Sequence record: PZ379076.1
Strand: one strand, 5' to 3'
DNA length: 44,111 nucleotides
Source of the DNA: a phage
Shown: positions 36,129 to 43,553 of the stretch, one piece after another
Numbering within the stretch: the first letter of the stretch is position 1
Layout of the letters: each line of letters opens with the position of its first letter
Program-made: the position numbers and the translations under genes
Notes under the pieces: generated by a model
What the model was told of the DNA's origin: nothing
The model's input: only the letters and a program-made list of their open reading frames with translations
Databases searched by the model: none

Positions 36129-36192
36129 TGGGCTTTTCTAAAATAATTAATATGGTACTATTCACATATCAACTGACTAAGGAGTAATTGAC

Positions 36193-36408
36193 ATGCAACC
36201 ATCTGAACTAGGTATCCGTGTAGAACAACGCCGTAAAGAACTCGGCATCTCCCAGCGCCGTTTGGCGGCCCTGACCGGCGTTTCCCAGGGCGCGATTAAC
36301 CAACTGGCACTTGGAGTAACTCAGGACGTCCGCCCGGCAACGCTGTTCAAACTGGCGGAAGTTCTGGAAGTAGACGCCAAGTGGCTGGCGTTAGGTGAAG
36401 GGGCTTAA
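36193..36408 (+). CDS. HTH transcriptional regulator (XRE / Cro-CI-like)
   Basis: 71 aa; ISQRRLAALTGVSQGAINQL is a helix-turn-helix signature; AAGGAG SD; only plus-strand gene in the minus-strand region. Confidence 0.7.
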   Translation: MQPSELGIRVEQRRKELGISQRRLAALTGVSQGAINQLALGVTQDVRPATLFKLAEVLEVDAKWLALGEGA

Positions 36409-36423
36409 AGCCCCTTTCTTTTT
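36398..36423 (+). terminator. rho-independent terminator after the HTH gene
   Basis: Near-palindrome aaggggctt / aagcccctt around the stop codon, then TTCTTTTTAT. Confidence 0.6.
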
Positions 36424-36736
36424 ATAGCAACTTATCGAGTTCTTCCAAATTCTTAATAGTGTGTTGCACGTTCAGGTACTGAATCCAGGCGAGAAACCAC
36501 GCACTTACAGGAAAACTTATAACAATAGTTATCGATATAATTAATTTGAAAAGGCACTTTATAATCTCTGCCAGCGTCATGTCTAAAATGTCTTTAAACT
36601 CCGCAAAAATCCCCGCTGCATACACACAAAAAGTCCACCAGTTGTTGCTTACAGCGGAAACACATGTCAGGTATGACGGGCGGTATCCTGCCTTCACTGC
36701 TTTAAACGGGTTATCTATAAAATCGTAAATATTCAT
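36422..36736 (-). CDS. hypothetical membrane protein
   Basis: 104 aa with two or three hydrophobic helices; ATGA overlap with upstream gene. Confidence 0.55.
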   Translation of the reverse strand: MNIYDFIDNPFKAVKAGYRPSYLTCVSAVSNNWWTFCVYAAGIFAEFKDILDMTLAEIIKCLFKLIISITIVISFPVSAWFLAWIQYLNVQHTIKNLEELDKLL

Positions 36737-38985
36737 TCCAAATCCTCCTCGGTCACTGTCAGCATTTCATTCGGCTCGTATATTGTCTTCGGAATCTTGT
36801 TATCTGTTATCATGGTGTTCAGTCTGTAACGGCCTGGGATTATCTGATTGTTTTCGTCAGTACCCGGAACAAGATACCCAGCCTCAACCATTTTCTTAAT
36901 CTTCCCGCGTTCTATGGCTTCTTTGGAGTTAAACGCCTTTGCGTTGGGGTCAGACTGCGCGAGCTTATTCGCTGCGGATACCGTGATGCCCTCGTTGCCG
37001 TTGTAGGTCCCCTCCGCCAGTTCAAACGCCGCGAGTATCGTGGCCTCGGAACTGTTGACGGCGTTCTCTATGGTTTTACGTACATTTTGTTTACCTTCGT
37101 TAGTTAACCCTTCTTCCCTCTCTTTCTCCTCGTCGGTCTTGAATGGCTCGAAGCCCCACGGCATCAATACAAGCGCCTTGTGCGGCTCAGGCAGGTCGAG
37201 GTTTACTATTGTGCCGTATTCCTCTGTGCTACCGAGGAACTCAACCGCGCGGTACTCTTTCGGCGGCGGTGCTTCACGGAACTGTACAGACTCCAGTACC
37301 ATGCCAACCGTCTTCTGTTGCGGACCGTGCTTAAATTTAGAGTGGTATACGTTTATCTGACGGTCGGTAGCGCGTTCGATTGTCAGTTCCACGTCGACAC
37401 CCGCATACAATGCTCCACTGCCGCGGGCTTTCTTTCCGCCCTTCGGAGTATGGTGAACGACACCGACAGCGGCTTTAGTTGCATCGCGCACTTCTTTCAG
37501 GATGGCGATAACTTTACCCATACCGATTGCCGTTGATGAACTGTTCTCGTCGAACTTATCAATCGTCAGGGCCAGCGTCTGGTTAAGGGTGTCGAAGGCA
37601 ACCATGCCAATAGGTTCATCCCCTGCGGTTTCGCGCATCCTGCGGATTAGAGCTGGAATTTTTTTATCACCATGCGTAGCGAGTATTTCGCCCATATCGA
37701 TGACATGTACATAATCTTTACCTTCCTCGCCATATTTAGCCGCGAGTGCATCAATACGTGTTCGTGTAGCTGCACCACCCTCGCCGTCAATATAGAAATG
37801 GTGGCAACGTTGGGTGTCAGCCCCCGCAAACCGGTACCCGGCGGCGCTCAGGTGCATCATCCCCAGCGTATAGAATGATTTGTACGTGCCGGATTCCCCG
37901 ACAATATCCCAGATACAATCCGACGGCATGTACCCCTCAACGACGAAATCAGCCTTTACCGGTTCTGGTAACTCGTCCTCTTCTTCAAGGTCTTCCAGCG
38001 TGCAAGTTACAGGCTCCTCGTTCTCTGTGCGGTGCAGTTCTTCAATCTCTTCATCCGGTAAATCAGGCAGAGCCGCACGAATGCTGTTAATACTGATAGG
38101 TTGCTTGTCTACGTTAAGCTCGTCTGGCAGGCCGCACATACGCAGGGCCAAATGCTGTCGGCGGTTAAGCTCGGTGCAAGCGCCGTTGTTTGTATGCTGG
38201 CACACAAAGCGCACTTCTTTACCATCAAGCATGATGCTTGTGGAGCCTTTGCCTGTATGCAGATGTTCGTTAGGGCATGGGACTTCGTACCCGCGCCCGG
38301 AAGATAAAGCGTCAAGGCCAAGCTCGGCTTCGCAGAAATGCGCTATATCAGCATTAAGCCCATACTCATCGGCGGCAAGTGTCTTAACTTCACGTTTACT
38401 CAACCCCATCTCTTCGGCTTTCTTGATGTACCGCTCGGCACGGATAACACGCCCTTCTGTAACCGTTATCTTTGACTCTCTATGTGGCAGATAGATAAGG
38501 CGGTTGCCGTCTTCCGTGCAGTGGTCACGCAAGGCTTCATCTATTTCTAACTCTGCACAAATAGCCCGTTGGACCATCCACGCGTCGTTAGAGTTAAACG
38601 GCGTGCGAGCCGGAACCAGAACGCGGAAGGCGTAATCACCGTTTTTACACACATGCTGATGCGATGCCGTTGTATGCAGAATATTGAAGAACGGTGCGTT
38701 CTTGAATTTGCGGGTAAGGTCGCGGTACTGAGTACGGTTGAGATGGTCAAAATCGAACTTAACCACACTGTCTTCCAGGATAGCGTTTTTACGGCGACCC
38801 CCAACAGGCGCAATAGCTTTCTGCTTAATCTTGGCAGCGTCGTACTCTTCCTTAGACCACGACGGATCCACGGATAAACGCTTCGATGTATCGCAGACAT
38901 ACTCCACAAACTGCTCGAGCGGCATCTCACGCGCTACAGGGTTTTTATCGAATGTGTTGCGCAGCGTTGCAAAAACAATATTCAT
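36733..38985 (-). CDS. primase / replicative helicase (RecA-like ATPase domain)
   Basis: 750 aa; Walker A GESGTYKS in the C-terminal half, Cys/His-rich N-terminal half; largest ORF of the replication region. Confidence 0.55.
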   Translation of the reverse strand: MNIVFATLRNTFDKNPVAREMPLEQFVEYVCDTSKRLSVDPSWSKEEYDAAKIKQKAIAPVGGRRKNAILEDSVVKFDFDHLNRTQYRDLTRKFKNAPFFNILHTTASHQHVCKNGDYAFRVLVPARTPFNSNDAWMVQRAICAELEIDEALRDHCTEDGNRLIYLPHRESKITVTEGRVIRAERYIKKAEEMGLSKREVKTLAADEYGLNADIAHFCEAELGLDALSSGRGYEVPCPNEHLHTGKGSTSIMLDGKEVRFVCQHTNNGACTELNRRQHLALRMCGLPDELNVDKQPISINSIRAALPDLPDEEIEELHRTENEEPVTCTLEDLEEEDELPEPVKADFVVEGYMPSDCIWDIVGESGTYKSFYTLGMMHLSAAGYRFAGADTQRCHHFYIDGEGGAATRTRIDALAAKYGEEGKDYVHVIDMGEILATHGDKKIPALIRRMRETAGDEPIGMVAFDTLNQTLALTIDKFDENSSSTAIGMGKVIAILKEVRDATKAAVGVVHHTPKGGKKARGSGALYAGVDVELTIERATDRQINVYHSKFKHGPQQKTVGMVLESVQFREAPPPKEYRAVEFLGSTEEYGTIVNLDLPEPHKALVLMPWGFEPFKTDEEKEREEGLTNEGKQNVRKTIENAVNSSEATILAAFELAEGTYNGNEGITVSAANKLAQSDPNAKAFNSKEAIERGKIKKMVEAGYLVPGTDENNQIIPGRYRLNTMITDNKIPKTIYEPNEMLTVTEEDLE

Positions 38986-39110
38986 TTCTTTTTCTCCGCA
39001 CGTTCTAAGGCTTCCTGCATACGGCGCATTGCGCGGTTCATCTTTACCGGTGCGAAGAAGTCAGCGCCGTGTTTCTGGCGGCGTAGCTGTGGAACTATTA
39101 ACTTTGTCAT
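38982..39110 (-). CDS. hypothetical small basic protein (42 aa)
   Basis: ATG 39110 with AAGGA SD; stop overlaps the primase/helicase ATG; below track cut-off. Confidence 0.4.
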   Translation of the reverse strand: MTKLIVPQLRRQKHGADFFAPVKMNRAMRRMQEALERAEKKK

Positions 39111-39150
39111 TGTATAATCCTTATGCTTACTTTGATGATTTGTACTTTAG

Positions 39151-39180
39151 CCCCGACGTTCTGGCGTTGGGGTTTCTTTT
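39151..39180 (+). terminator. plus-strand hairpin with T-run (orphan terminator)
   Basis: Stem ccccgacg (39151-39158) / cgttgggg (39165-39172) incl. one G-U pair, then TTTCTTTT; no plus-strand gene upstream. Confidence 0.35.
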
Positions 39181-39391
39181 ACTTAACGCCCGCAATCCAC
39201 GCACGCTCCGAAGCGTAGAAACGACACTTACTTAAAGCCTCGATTGGCATCTTAATAATGCGTGTCGGTTCCAACAAATGATTAGGCTTACATATTTCCG
39301 CATAGAATCCGCTGTCAGTAATTTCCGACGCAAACTTAAACCAGTATTTAACTTTACAGTTTTCAAAGTAACAACCCATACGCCCAATCAT
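39179..39391 (-). CDS. hypothetical protein
   Basis: 70-aa ORF in track, ATGA-coupled to the upstream HTH gene. Confidence 0.5.
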   Translation of the reverse strand: MIGRMGCYFENCKVKYWFKFASEITDSGFYAEICKPNHLLEPTRIIKMPIEALSKCRFYASERAWIAGVK

Positions 39392-39570
39392 TTCACGTTC
39401 TCCTTAATCCATGCTTCAACTTTATTACGGTCAAATGTTCCTGGTAAACGGCGACCCATAACCTTAATACAGCAATCAGGGAATTTACCGCTGCGCAACC
39501 AGTTATTAATTGTTTGACGTGTCACCCCGATACGTTCAGCCACTTCATTCTGTGTCATGTAATGCTGCAT
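39388..39570 (-). CDS. AlpA / excisionase-like HTH DNA-binding protein
   Basis: ATG 39570 with AGGAGA SD inside track ORF 39388-39642; MTQNEVAERIGVTRQTINNWLRSGKFP ... VEAWI matches the AlpA-type pattern. Confidence 0.6.
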   Translation of the reverse strand: MQHYMTQNEVAERIGVTRQTINNWLRSGKFPDCCIKVMGRRLPGTFDRNKVEAWIKENVK

Positions 39571-39677
39571 TTTTATATCTCCTGTTTGTTTGGTGAAAAC
39601 GAGTATAGGATAGCGTGAATGTAAAAGCAACCAAAACACCACACAAAGTTACTAATATACAAAAGATGCTAATGGTA

Positions 39678-39706
39678 TTGACTTTTACTAAGAAATGTGC
39701 TAAGCT
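39678..39706 (+). promoter_or_regulatory. promoter of conserved element copy 2
   Basis: TTGACT (39678-39683), 17-nt spacer, TAAGCT (39701-39706). Confidence 0.45.
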
Positions 39707-39815
39707 CCACCTGAGCTTGTGAAGTATGAACAAGCGACCGCGGTGCGGCAGGAAACGGAGCGGTGCGTCAGCACTGAGTGTAGTGTCGCTGCCTGCATTC
39801 GGAAGGGCCATAATC
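39701..39815 (+). repeat. conserved ~115-nt element, copy 2
   Basis: Matches 7886-8000; stem-loop GGUGC-gtca-GCACU at 39762-39775 replaces GGGAC-gtaa-GUCCU of copy 1. Confidence 0.85.
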
Positions 39816-39907
39816 TATTGTAAATCCCGTCTAAATAACCCAAGTCACTAATAATTAAAAGTTTCTATAGTTGCCGTAAGCAAGGTAGAGAGTACTTCAC
39901 TCCGCTG

Positions 39908-39927
39908 GGGTGGGCTAAAGCCCACCC
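39908..39927 (+). other. GC-rich hairpin downstream of copy 2
   Basis: gggtgggc (39908-39915) taaa gcccaccc (39920-39927); weak T-rich tract ~13 nt later. Confidence 0.4.
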
Positions 39928-39986
39928 GCTGCGTTGCGTACTCTTTAAAGAAACAAAAGAATCACAACGGCAACGTAACTATTATC

Positions 39987-40015
39987 TTGCACACCCCAAC
40001 ATAATAGGATACTAT
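39987..40015 (+). promoter_or_regulatory. promoter, TTGCAC-N17-TACTAT family
   Basis: TTGCAC (39987-39992), 17-nt spacer with AATAG-N4-CTATT, TACTAT (40010-40015); acgagacagaggag leader before ATG. Confidence 0.5.
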
Positions 40016-40043
40016 TCACTTATCGGAACGAGACAGAGGAGTG

Positions 40044-40235
40044 ATGGTTATGTTTAAGAAGGGTCAGTTGGTTAAAACAAAACGCGGCGGACAGTACGTA
40101 ATAGTTACCCAGAATGAGGATGAATACAGTACCGCTGTAGACGTATGGGGTCTTGTACGAAAGAAACATGGTTACGCTTTCAGAGATAATTTAACACTCA
40201 TCGGCAACAATTTTAAATTCAAAGGGGTGAAGTGA
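40044..40235 (+). CDS. hypothetical protein
   Basis: ATG 40044 inside track ORF 40041-40235; AGAGGAG SD. Confidence 0.55.
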   Translation: MVMFKKGQLVKTKRGGQYVIVTQNEDEYSTAVDVWGLVRKKHGYAFRDNLTLIGNNFKFKGVK

Positions 40236-40438
40236 TGGAAGAATTATTTGAAGAACTGAAACACCATAGACTAGAGAAGGTGCATTTCCAGGTAAACAGA
40301 TACGAGGTTGTTTTATTAGACAGCCCGACTATTTCTTCCGGGACATATGAGCTCTTGCTAAAAGTTTTACGTGCGCTAAGGACGGCATCGAATCATGATG
40401 CCCGTGCCTACGACTCCGAGGGAGGTTGCCGCAAATGA
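40235..40438 (+). CDS. hypothetical protein
   Basis: ATG 40235 (TGATG overlap) inside track ORF 40232-40438. Confidence 0.5.
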   Translation: MEELFEELKHHRLEKVHFQVNRYEVVLLDSPTISSGTYELLLKVLRALRTASNHDARAYDSEGGCRK

Positions 40439-40590
40439 AAATTCGAATAACTGACCGCAGGCTTATAGATTTCGGTATCTCGGTAGGTGATGTTTTTCTG
40501 GCGTTCAGCAGCAACCATTATGGTTTTATGATTGAGTACAAAGGGTCATTATTGTTCGTGTATCGGGATGAATGCGAGGTTCTGGTATGA
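40435..40590 (+). CDS. hypothetical small protein (51 aa)
   Basis: ATGA overlaps on both sides; below track cut-off. Confidence 0.4.
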   Translation: MKIRITDRRLIDFGISVGDVFLAFSSNHYGFMIEYKGSLLFVYRDECEVLV

Positions 40591-40748
40591 GAGAAGCATT
40601 CGAACGGTGGGCCATCGTCGAGGGTCTGCCGGTTAATAAGGGTTCGAAGAAAGAGTACCTGAACGTTAAGACGCGTCTCGCGTGGCGGGCGTGGAAAGCT
40701 GGTGCGAATGTAATGGCTGGCGCATTTGAGAAGAGAGGCGATTTATGA
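40587..40748 (+). CDS. hypothetical small protein (53 aa)
   Basis: ATGA overlaps on both sides; translation MREAFERWAIVEGLPVNKGSKKEYLNVKTRLAWRAWKAG... Confidence 0.4.
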   Translation: MREAFERWAIVEGLPVNKGSKKEYLNVKTRLAWRAWKAGANVMAGAFEKRGDL

Positions 40749-40930
40749 GCAAGTGGATTAAGTGTAGTGAGCGGATGCCGGAGCCTTATGAATACGTTCT
40801 TGTAACTGATTGTTTTGTTGGCTGTGAGGTTATGCGTGTTAATTCAGATGGCTACTGGGGGCCCGCAAAGAGTTTATATCACGGAGATATAACGCACTGG
40901 ATGCCGTTACCTGAGCCGCCGGAGGTGTGA
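40745..40930 (+). CDS. DUF551-like small protein
   Basis: 61 aa; MSKWIKCSERMPEP...VLV...THWMPLPEPPEV shows the W-x3-(K/N)-x3-(M/L)PE start and THWM-x-LPE-x-P end. Confidence 0.6.
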   Translation: MSKWIKCSERMPEPYEYVLVTDCFVGCEVMRVNSDGYWGPAKSLYHGDITHWMPLPEPPEV

Positions 40931-40962
40931 TGTTCAATAGTTTGGGATTTTACTGAGTGACT

Positions 40963-40996
40963 TACGCTGCTACACAGCAGCGTACAACTTTAACTT
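40963..40996 (+). terminator. stem-loop / putative terminator after the DUF551 gene
   Basis: Perfect 9-bp stem tacgctgct (40963-40971) / agcagcgta (40976-40984), loop acac, then caacTTTaacTT; second 7-bp hairpin at 40997-41018. Confidence 0.4.
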
Positions 40997-41242
40997 AGTG
41001 TCGTCAAAAAGCGACACTTTCACCAAACGCAACAATCGAAGCGACTATTGCAGGAGATGCAACAATGAAACTGAACGACATCGTAACCTGGGCCGGTAGA
41101 AACGGAGAAAAGCGATTCTGACTTATTGTCGCATCAAACGGCAACAAGTATCGGGTTATGCGATGGCGTCAGTGGGCACGACGGCCGAGGTACTACTGGA
41201 TTCGCGGTGAACGATTATCTTTAAAACACCAATAAAATTTAC

Positions 41243-41271
41243 TTGCACACTAAGATAGAATAGGCTACTAT
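41243..41271 (+). promoter_or_regulatory. promoter, TTGCAC-N17-TACTAT family
   Basis: TTGCAC (41243-41248), 17-nt spacer with AATAG-N4-CTATT, TACTAT (41266-41271); aaacgagaggagaga leader. Confidence 0.5.
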
Positions 41272-41301
41272 TCATTTACACAAACGAGAGGAGAGACAGA
41301 G

Positions 41302-41451
41302 ATGGTTACTTTGATGATTATGGAGTTCGAAAACAGTACCGCGACTTATCGCGAGATGACTATGGCGCAGGCGTACCACCTGGCCTCAAACGGCAATTTC
41401 TACAAGGCTCAAATCATCAATGAGTTCGGGGTAATTGACTATGAATTTTAG
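41302..41451 (+). CDS. hypothetical small protein (49 aa)
   Basis: ATG 41302 after GAGGAGAGA leader; below track cut-off. Confidence 0.45.
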   Translation: MVTLMIMEFENSTATYREMTMAQAYHLASNGNFYKAQIINEFGVIDYEF

Positions 41452-41713
41452 AAGCTACACCGTGACCGTTGATTTTGAGGGGTTGGAGTTGCCCCTCCCT
41501 AACAACTACAGGTATATAACTCGTGACCGTTTCGGGTTTATTCAGGGGTGGCGTAACAAACCAACAGACACTGAGTTCGGGATGTCTGGTGGAGAAGAGT
41601 TGCCAATCACTTTCGGGCATCAGAGCGGCCTTGAAGAACTTAAAACGGTGATTCGTAAGTATCGCCGCCGCGGTAATACCGGCCTTATAGCAATAACAGG
41701 CGCTGTTGAATAA
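41441..41713 (+). CDS. hypothetical protein
   Basis: ATG 41441 inside track ORF 41435-41713, overlapping the upstream gene end. Confidence 0.5.
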   Translation: MNFRSYTVTVDFEGLELPLPNNYRYITRDRFGFIQGWRNKPTDTEFGMSGGEELPITFGHQSGLEELKTVIRKYRRRGNTGLIAITGAVE

Positions 41714-41732
41714 ACGAGAGGAGAGAAAGAAG

Positions 41733-42491
41733 ATGAACAACAAAAACGAAGTATTCGAGTACCTGATTGACCAACTACGGCAGCAGCTACCAGTTGTAGA
41801 TGTAATGGGTGAAATCAAACGGTGGAGTATTGACCGTAGTATTGCTGGCCGCGGTAACTATACAGACGAGGAAAATGCCGTAATAGATGCCTATATCGGC
41901 CTGGAGCACAGCCCGTACAAGCAACAGTGCGAAGACCTGGCACACGAGGTGCAGTCACTTAAAAACCAGTTACGCGATGCGTCGGCGCAGATTAAGGAAC
42001 TAACCTGTGCGCTGGATTGCGTTGAAAAGGAGGTTATGTGTCTTCGTTCAATCGTTAACCTGGGCCCTAAAGGCGCGATTGGGTACATCCGGCGGGCAAA
42101 TAGTGCAATGACTGACACCCTGCGCCGCCAATACCTTAGCAAAGCACTTGAGGAACTCGGATGTAAGGATGCGCCAGAACAATCCGGTTGCCGTAAAGAG
42201 GGTGCACAGGAGTGCGAGCACTCATGGATTATTATGCCTGGTAGCGAGCTTTGTTCTAAATGTGGTAAACGTGAGTGGGATGACGCGGAATATAAACCGA
42301 AAAACGATACACAGGAATGCGAGCACGATTGGGTTCTTGATGAAAAGGGTGACTACTTCGTTTGTTATAAGTGTGGAAGGCAGGAAGCGGAATTGAACGC
42401 TTGTCGGCACACCAATACCGTTGGTTTGCGTAAGGGCTTTGCACCTGGTTTTACTAAAAAGTGTCTTGATTGTGGGGCTAAACTTAAATGA
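41733..42491 (+). CDS. hypothetical protein with tandem Cys/His zinc-ribbon-like repeats
   Basis: ATG 41733 after aaacgagaggagaga leader (track ORF opens at 41706); repeats QECEHSWI...CSKCGKRE and QECEHDWV...CYKCGRQE; contains the GYIRRANSA segment shared with 354-554. Confidence 0.6.
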   Translation: MNNKNEVFEYLIDQLRQQLPVVDVMGEIKRWSIDRSIAGRGNYTDEENAVIDAYIGLEHSPYKQQCEDLAHEVQSLKNQLRDASAQIKELTCALDCVEKEVMCLRSIVNLGPKGAIGYIRRANSAMTDTLRRQYLSKALEELGCKDAPEQSGCRKEGAQECEHSWIIMPGSELCSKCGKREWDDAEYKPKNDTQECEHDWVLDEKGDYFVCYKCGRQEAELNACRHTNTVGLRKGFAPGFTKKCLDCGAKLK

Positions 42492-42691
42492 CCAGCATCT
42501 TATTTATCTGGGTATTGTCCGCAGGCCAGATGCAACTCGCAGCATCGGAAACGTTTTACTCGATGGAGGCGTGCCAGTCAGCGGCACGCGCTGCAGAGAA
42601 CGCGCACTTTCTGTTTCAGGGCGACAAGCCCAACGATTCAGAGGTACGCGCTATCTGCTCACCTAAGAGACTTGGTAAACAGGAGAAGTGA
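42488..42691 (+). CDS. hypothetical small protein with N-terminal signal-like segment
   Basis: 67 aa; N-terminal MTSILFIWVLSAGQMQLAAS is hydrophobic; ATGA overlap. Confidence 0.5.
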   Translation: MTSILFIWVLSAGQMQLAASETFYSMEACQSAARAAENAHFLFQGDKPNDSEVRAICSPKRLGKQEK

Positions 42692-42693
42692 TT

Positions 42694-42876
42694 ATGGTGC
42701 AGAGATATACCTACGACCAGATATTCGGGTTTACTCCTGATGTTGAGGGCGTGTTAGTGCTTTACGAAGATTACGCGAAACTTGAAGCTGAGTTACAGAA
42801 ATACAAAGACCAGTACCCTGATTACGTCGAGTGCGCGAACTGTGGGTCGGTTACACATGTGGAGGGGGTGGAGTGA
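42694..42876 (+). CDS. hypothetical protein
   Basis: ATG 42694 with AGGAGAAG SD inside track ORF 42688-42876; CANCGS motif. Confidence 0.5.
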   Translation: MVQRYTYDQIFGFTPDVEGVLVLYEDYAKLEAELQKYKDQYPDYVECANCGSVTHVEGVE

Positions 42877-43169
42877 TGTCGTTAGCAACTGACATCCTGA
42901 AACGAAGCGGCCTTGCGCCGCTGTCACCGAGAGCGAAGACACGTATACACAAGCGTCGCCGTAACGTGCTGTACCCAGAGATACAAGAACGGCGTAAAGC
43001 TATCCGCGCCTGTGGATTCCAGAACGGAAAGGCCGTGAATCTAGGAGAGTTTAAAACACAGGAACGCGCGGCAATCGCTAATCGGTTATTTAATTACTGG
43101 AAATCGTTGGGATACGATGATATTCCATCGAAACCGCAGAGACGACAATACATCTGGCGTCATAAATAA
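42876..43169 (+). CDS. hypothetical basic protein
   Basis: ATG 42876 (TGATG overlap) inside track ORF 42831-43169. Confidence 0.5.
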   Translation: MSLATDILKRSGLAPLSPRAKTRIHKRRRNVLYPEIQERRKAIRACGFQNGKAVNLGEFKTQERAAIANRLFNYWKSLGYDDIPSKPQRRQYIWRHK

Positions 43170-43199
43170 ACCGTTATTAAGATAATTCCTAACCGTGCT

Positions 43200-43239
43200 A
43201 TCCTCCAGTTACTGCATACTTAATACGCACCTGGAGGAT
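43200..43239 (+). promoter_or_regulatory. stem-loop sequestering the SD of the holin-like gene
   Basis: 9-bp stem atcctccag (43200-43208) / ctggaggat (43231-43239), 22-nt loop; 3' arm contains GGAGGA, 6 nt before the TTG start at 43245. Confidence 0.45.
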
Positions 43240-43244
43240 TCATC

Positions 43245-43553
43245 TTGGATAAATTTACTGAAACAGTGACGGGGTGGCTTCTCGCTGCCGCACTGGTCGG
43301 TGGATTGGTCGGACTAAGACAACATAAAAAGTCTATATCCGGGCCGATTGACGGACTGGTATTTCTTCTCACCGGCTTCGCGTGCGCCATTTTCGGCGCA
43401 CCTCTTGCCGCTCAATGGTTTGGTATTACTGGCGAGCGCGAGATAGCTGGCCTCGGATTCATCATTGCCATTCTCTGGATGCCAATTTATTCCCGTCTCT
43501 CTGGCATTGTCGCCGGAGAATACATCGCACGTCGCGGAGGTGGTAATGAATGA
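43245..43553 (+). CDS. holin-like membrane protein (three predicted TM helices)
   Basis: 102 aa, TTG start; three hydrophobic helices and charged C-terminus; two genes upstream of the lysozyme. Confidence 0.55.
   Translation: MDKFTETVTGWLLAAALVGGLVGLRQHKKSISGPIDGLVFLLTGFACAIFGAPLAAQWFGITGEREIAGLGFIIAILWMPIYSRLSGIVAGEYIARRGGGNE

Noticed and set aside
37880-38494. 204-aa plus-strand ORF and neighbouring plus-strand ORFs (37040-38307)
   Set aside because: All lie antisense within the 750-aa primase/helicase gene, lack start signals and have Ser/Cys/Arg-rich shadow-frame composition.
38738-39235. 165-aa plus-strand ORF overlapping the start of the primase/helicase gene
   Set aside because: Antisense to better-supported minus-strand genes with SD sequences; no SD of its own.
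41158-41215. Possible tRNA-like sequence (GCGATGGCGTCAGTGGG...GGATTCGCGG)
   Set aside because: No 7-bp acceptor stem pairing with the 3' end, no GTTCRANNC T-loop and no anticodon stem-loop of correct geometry could be drawn.
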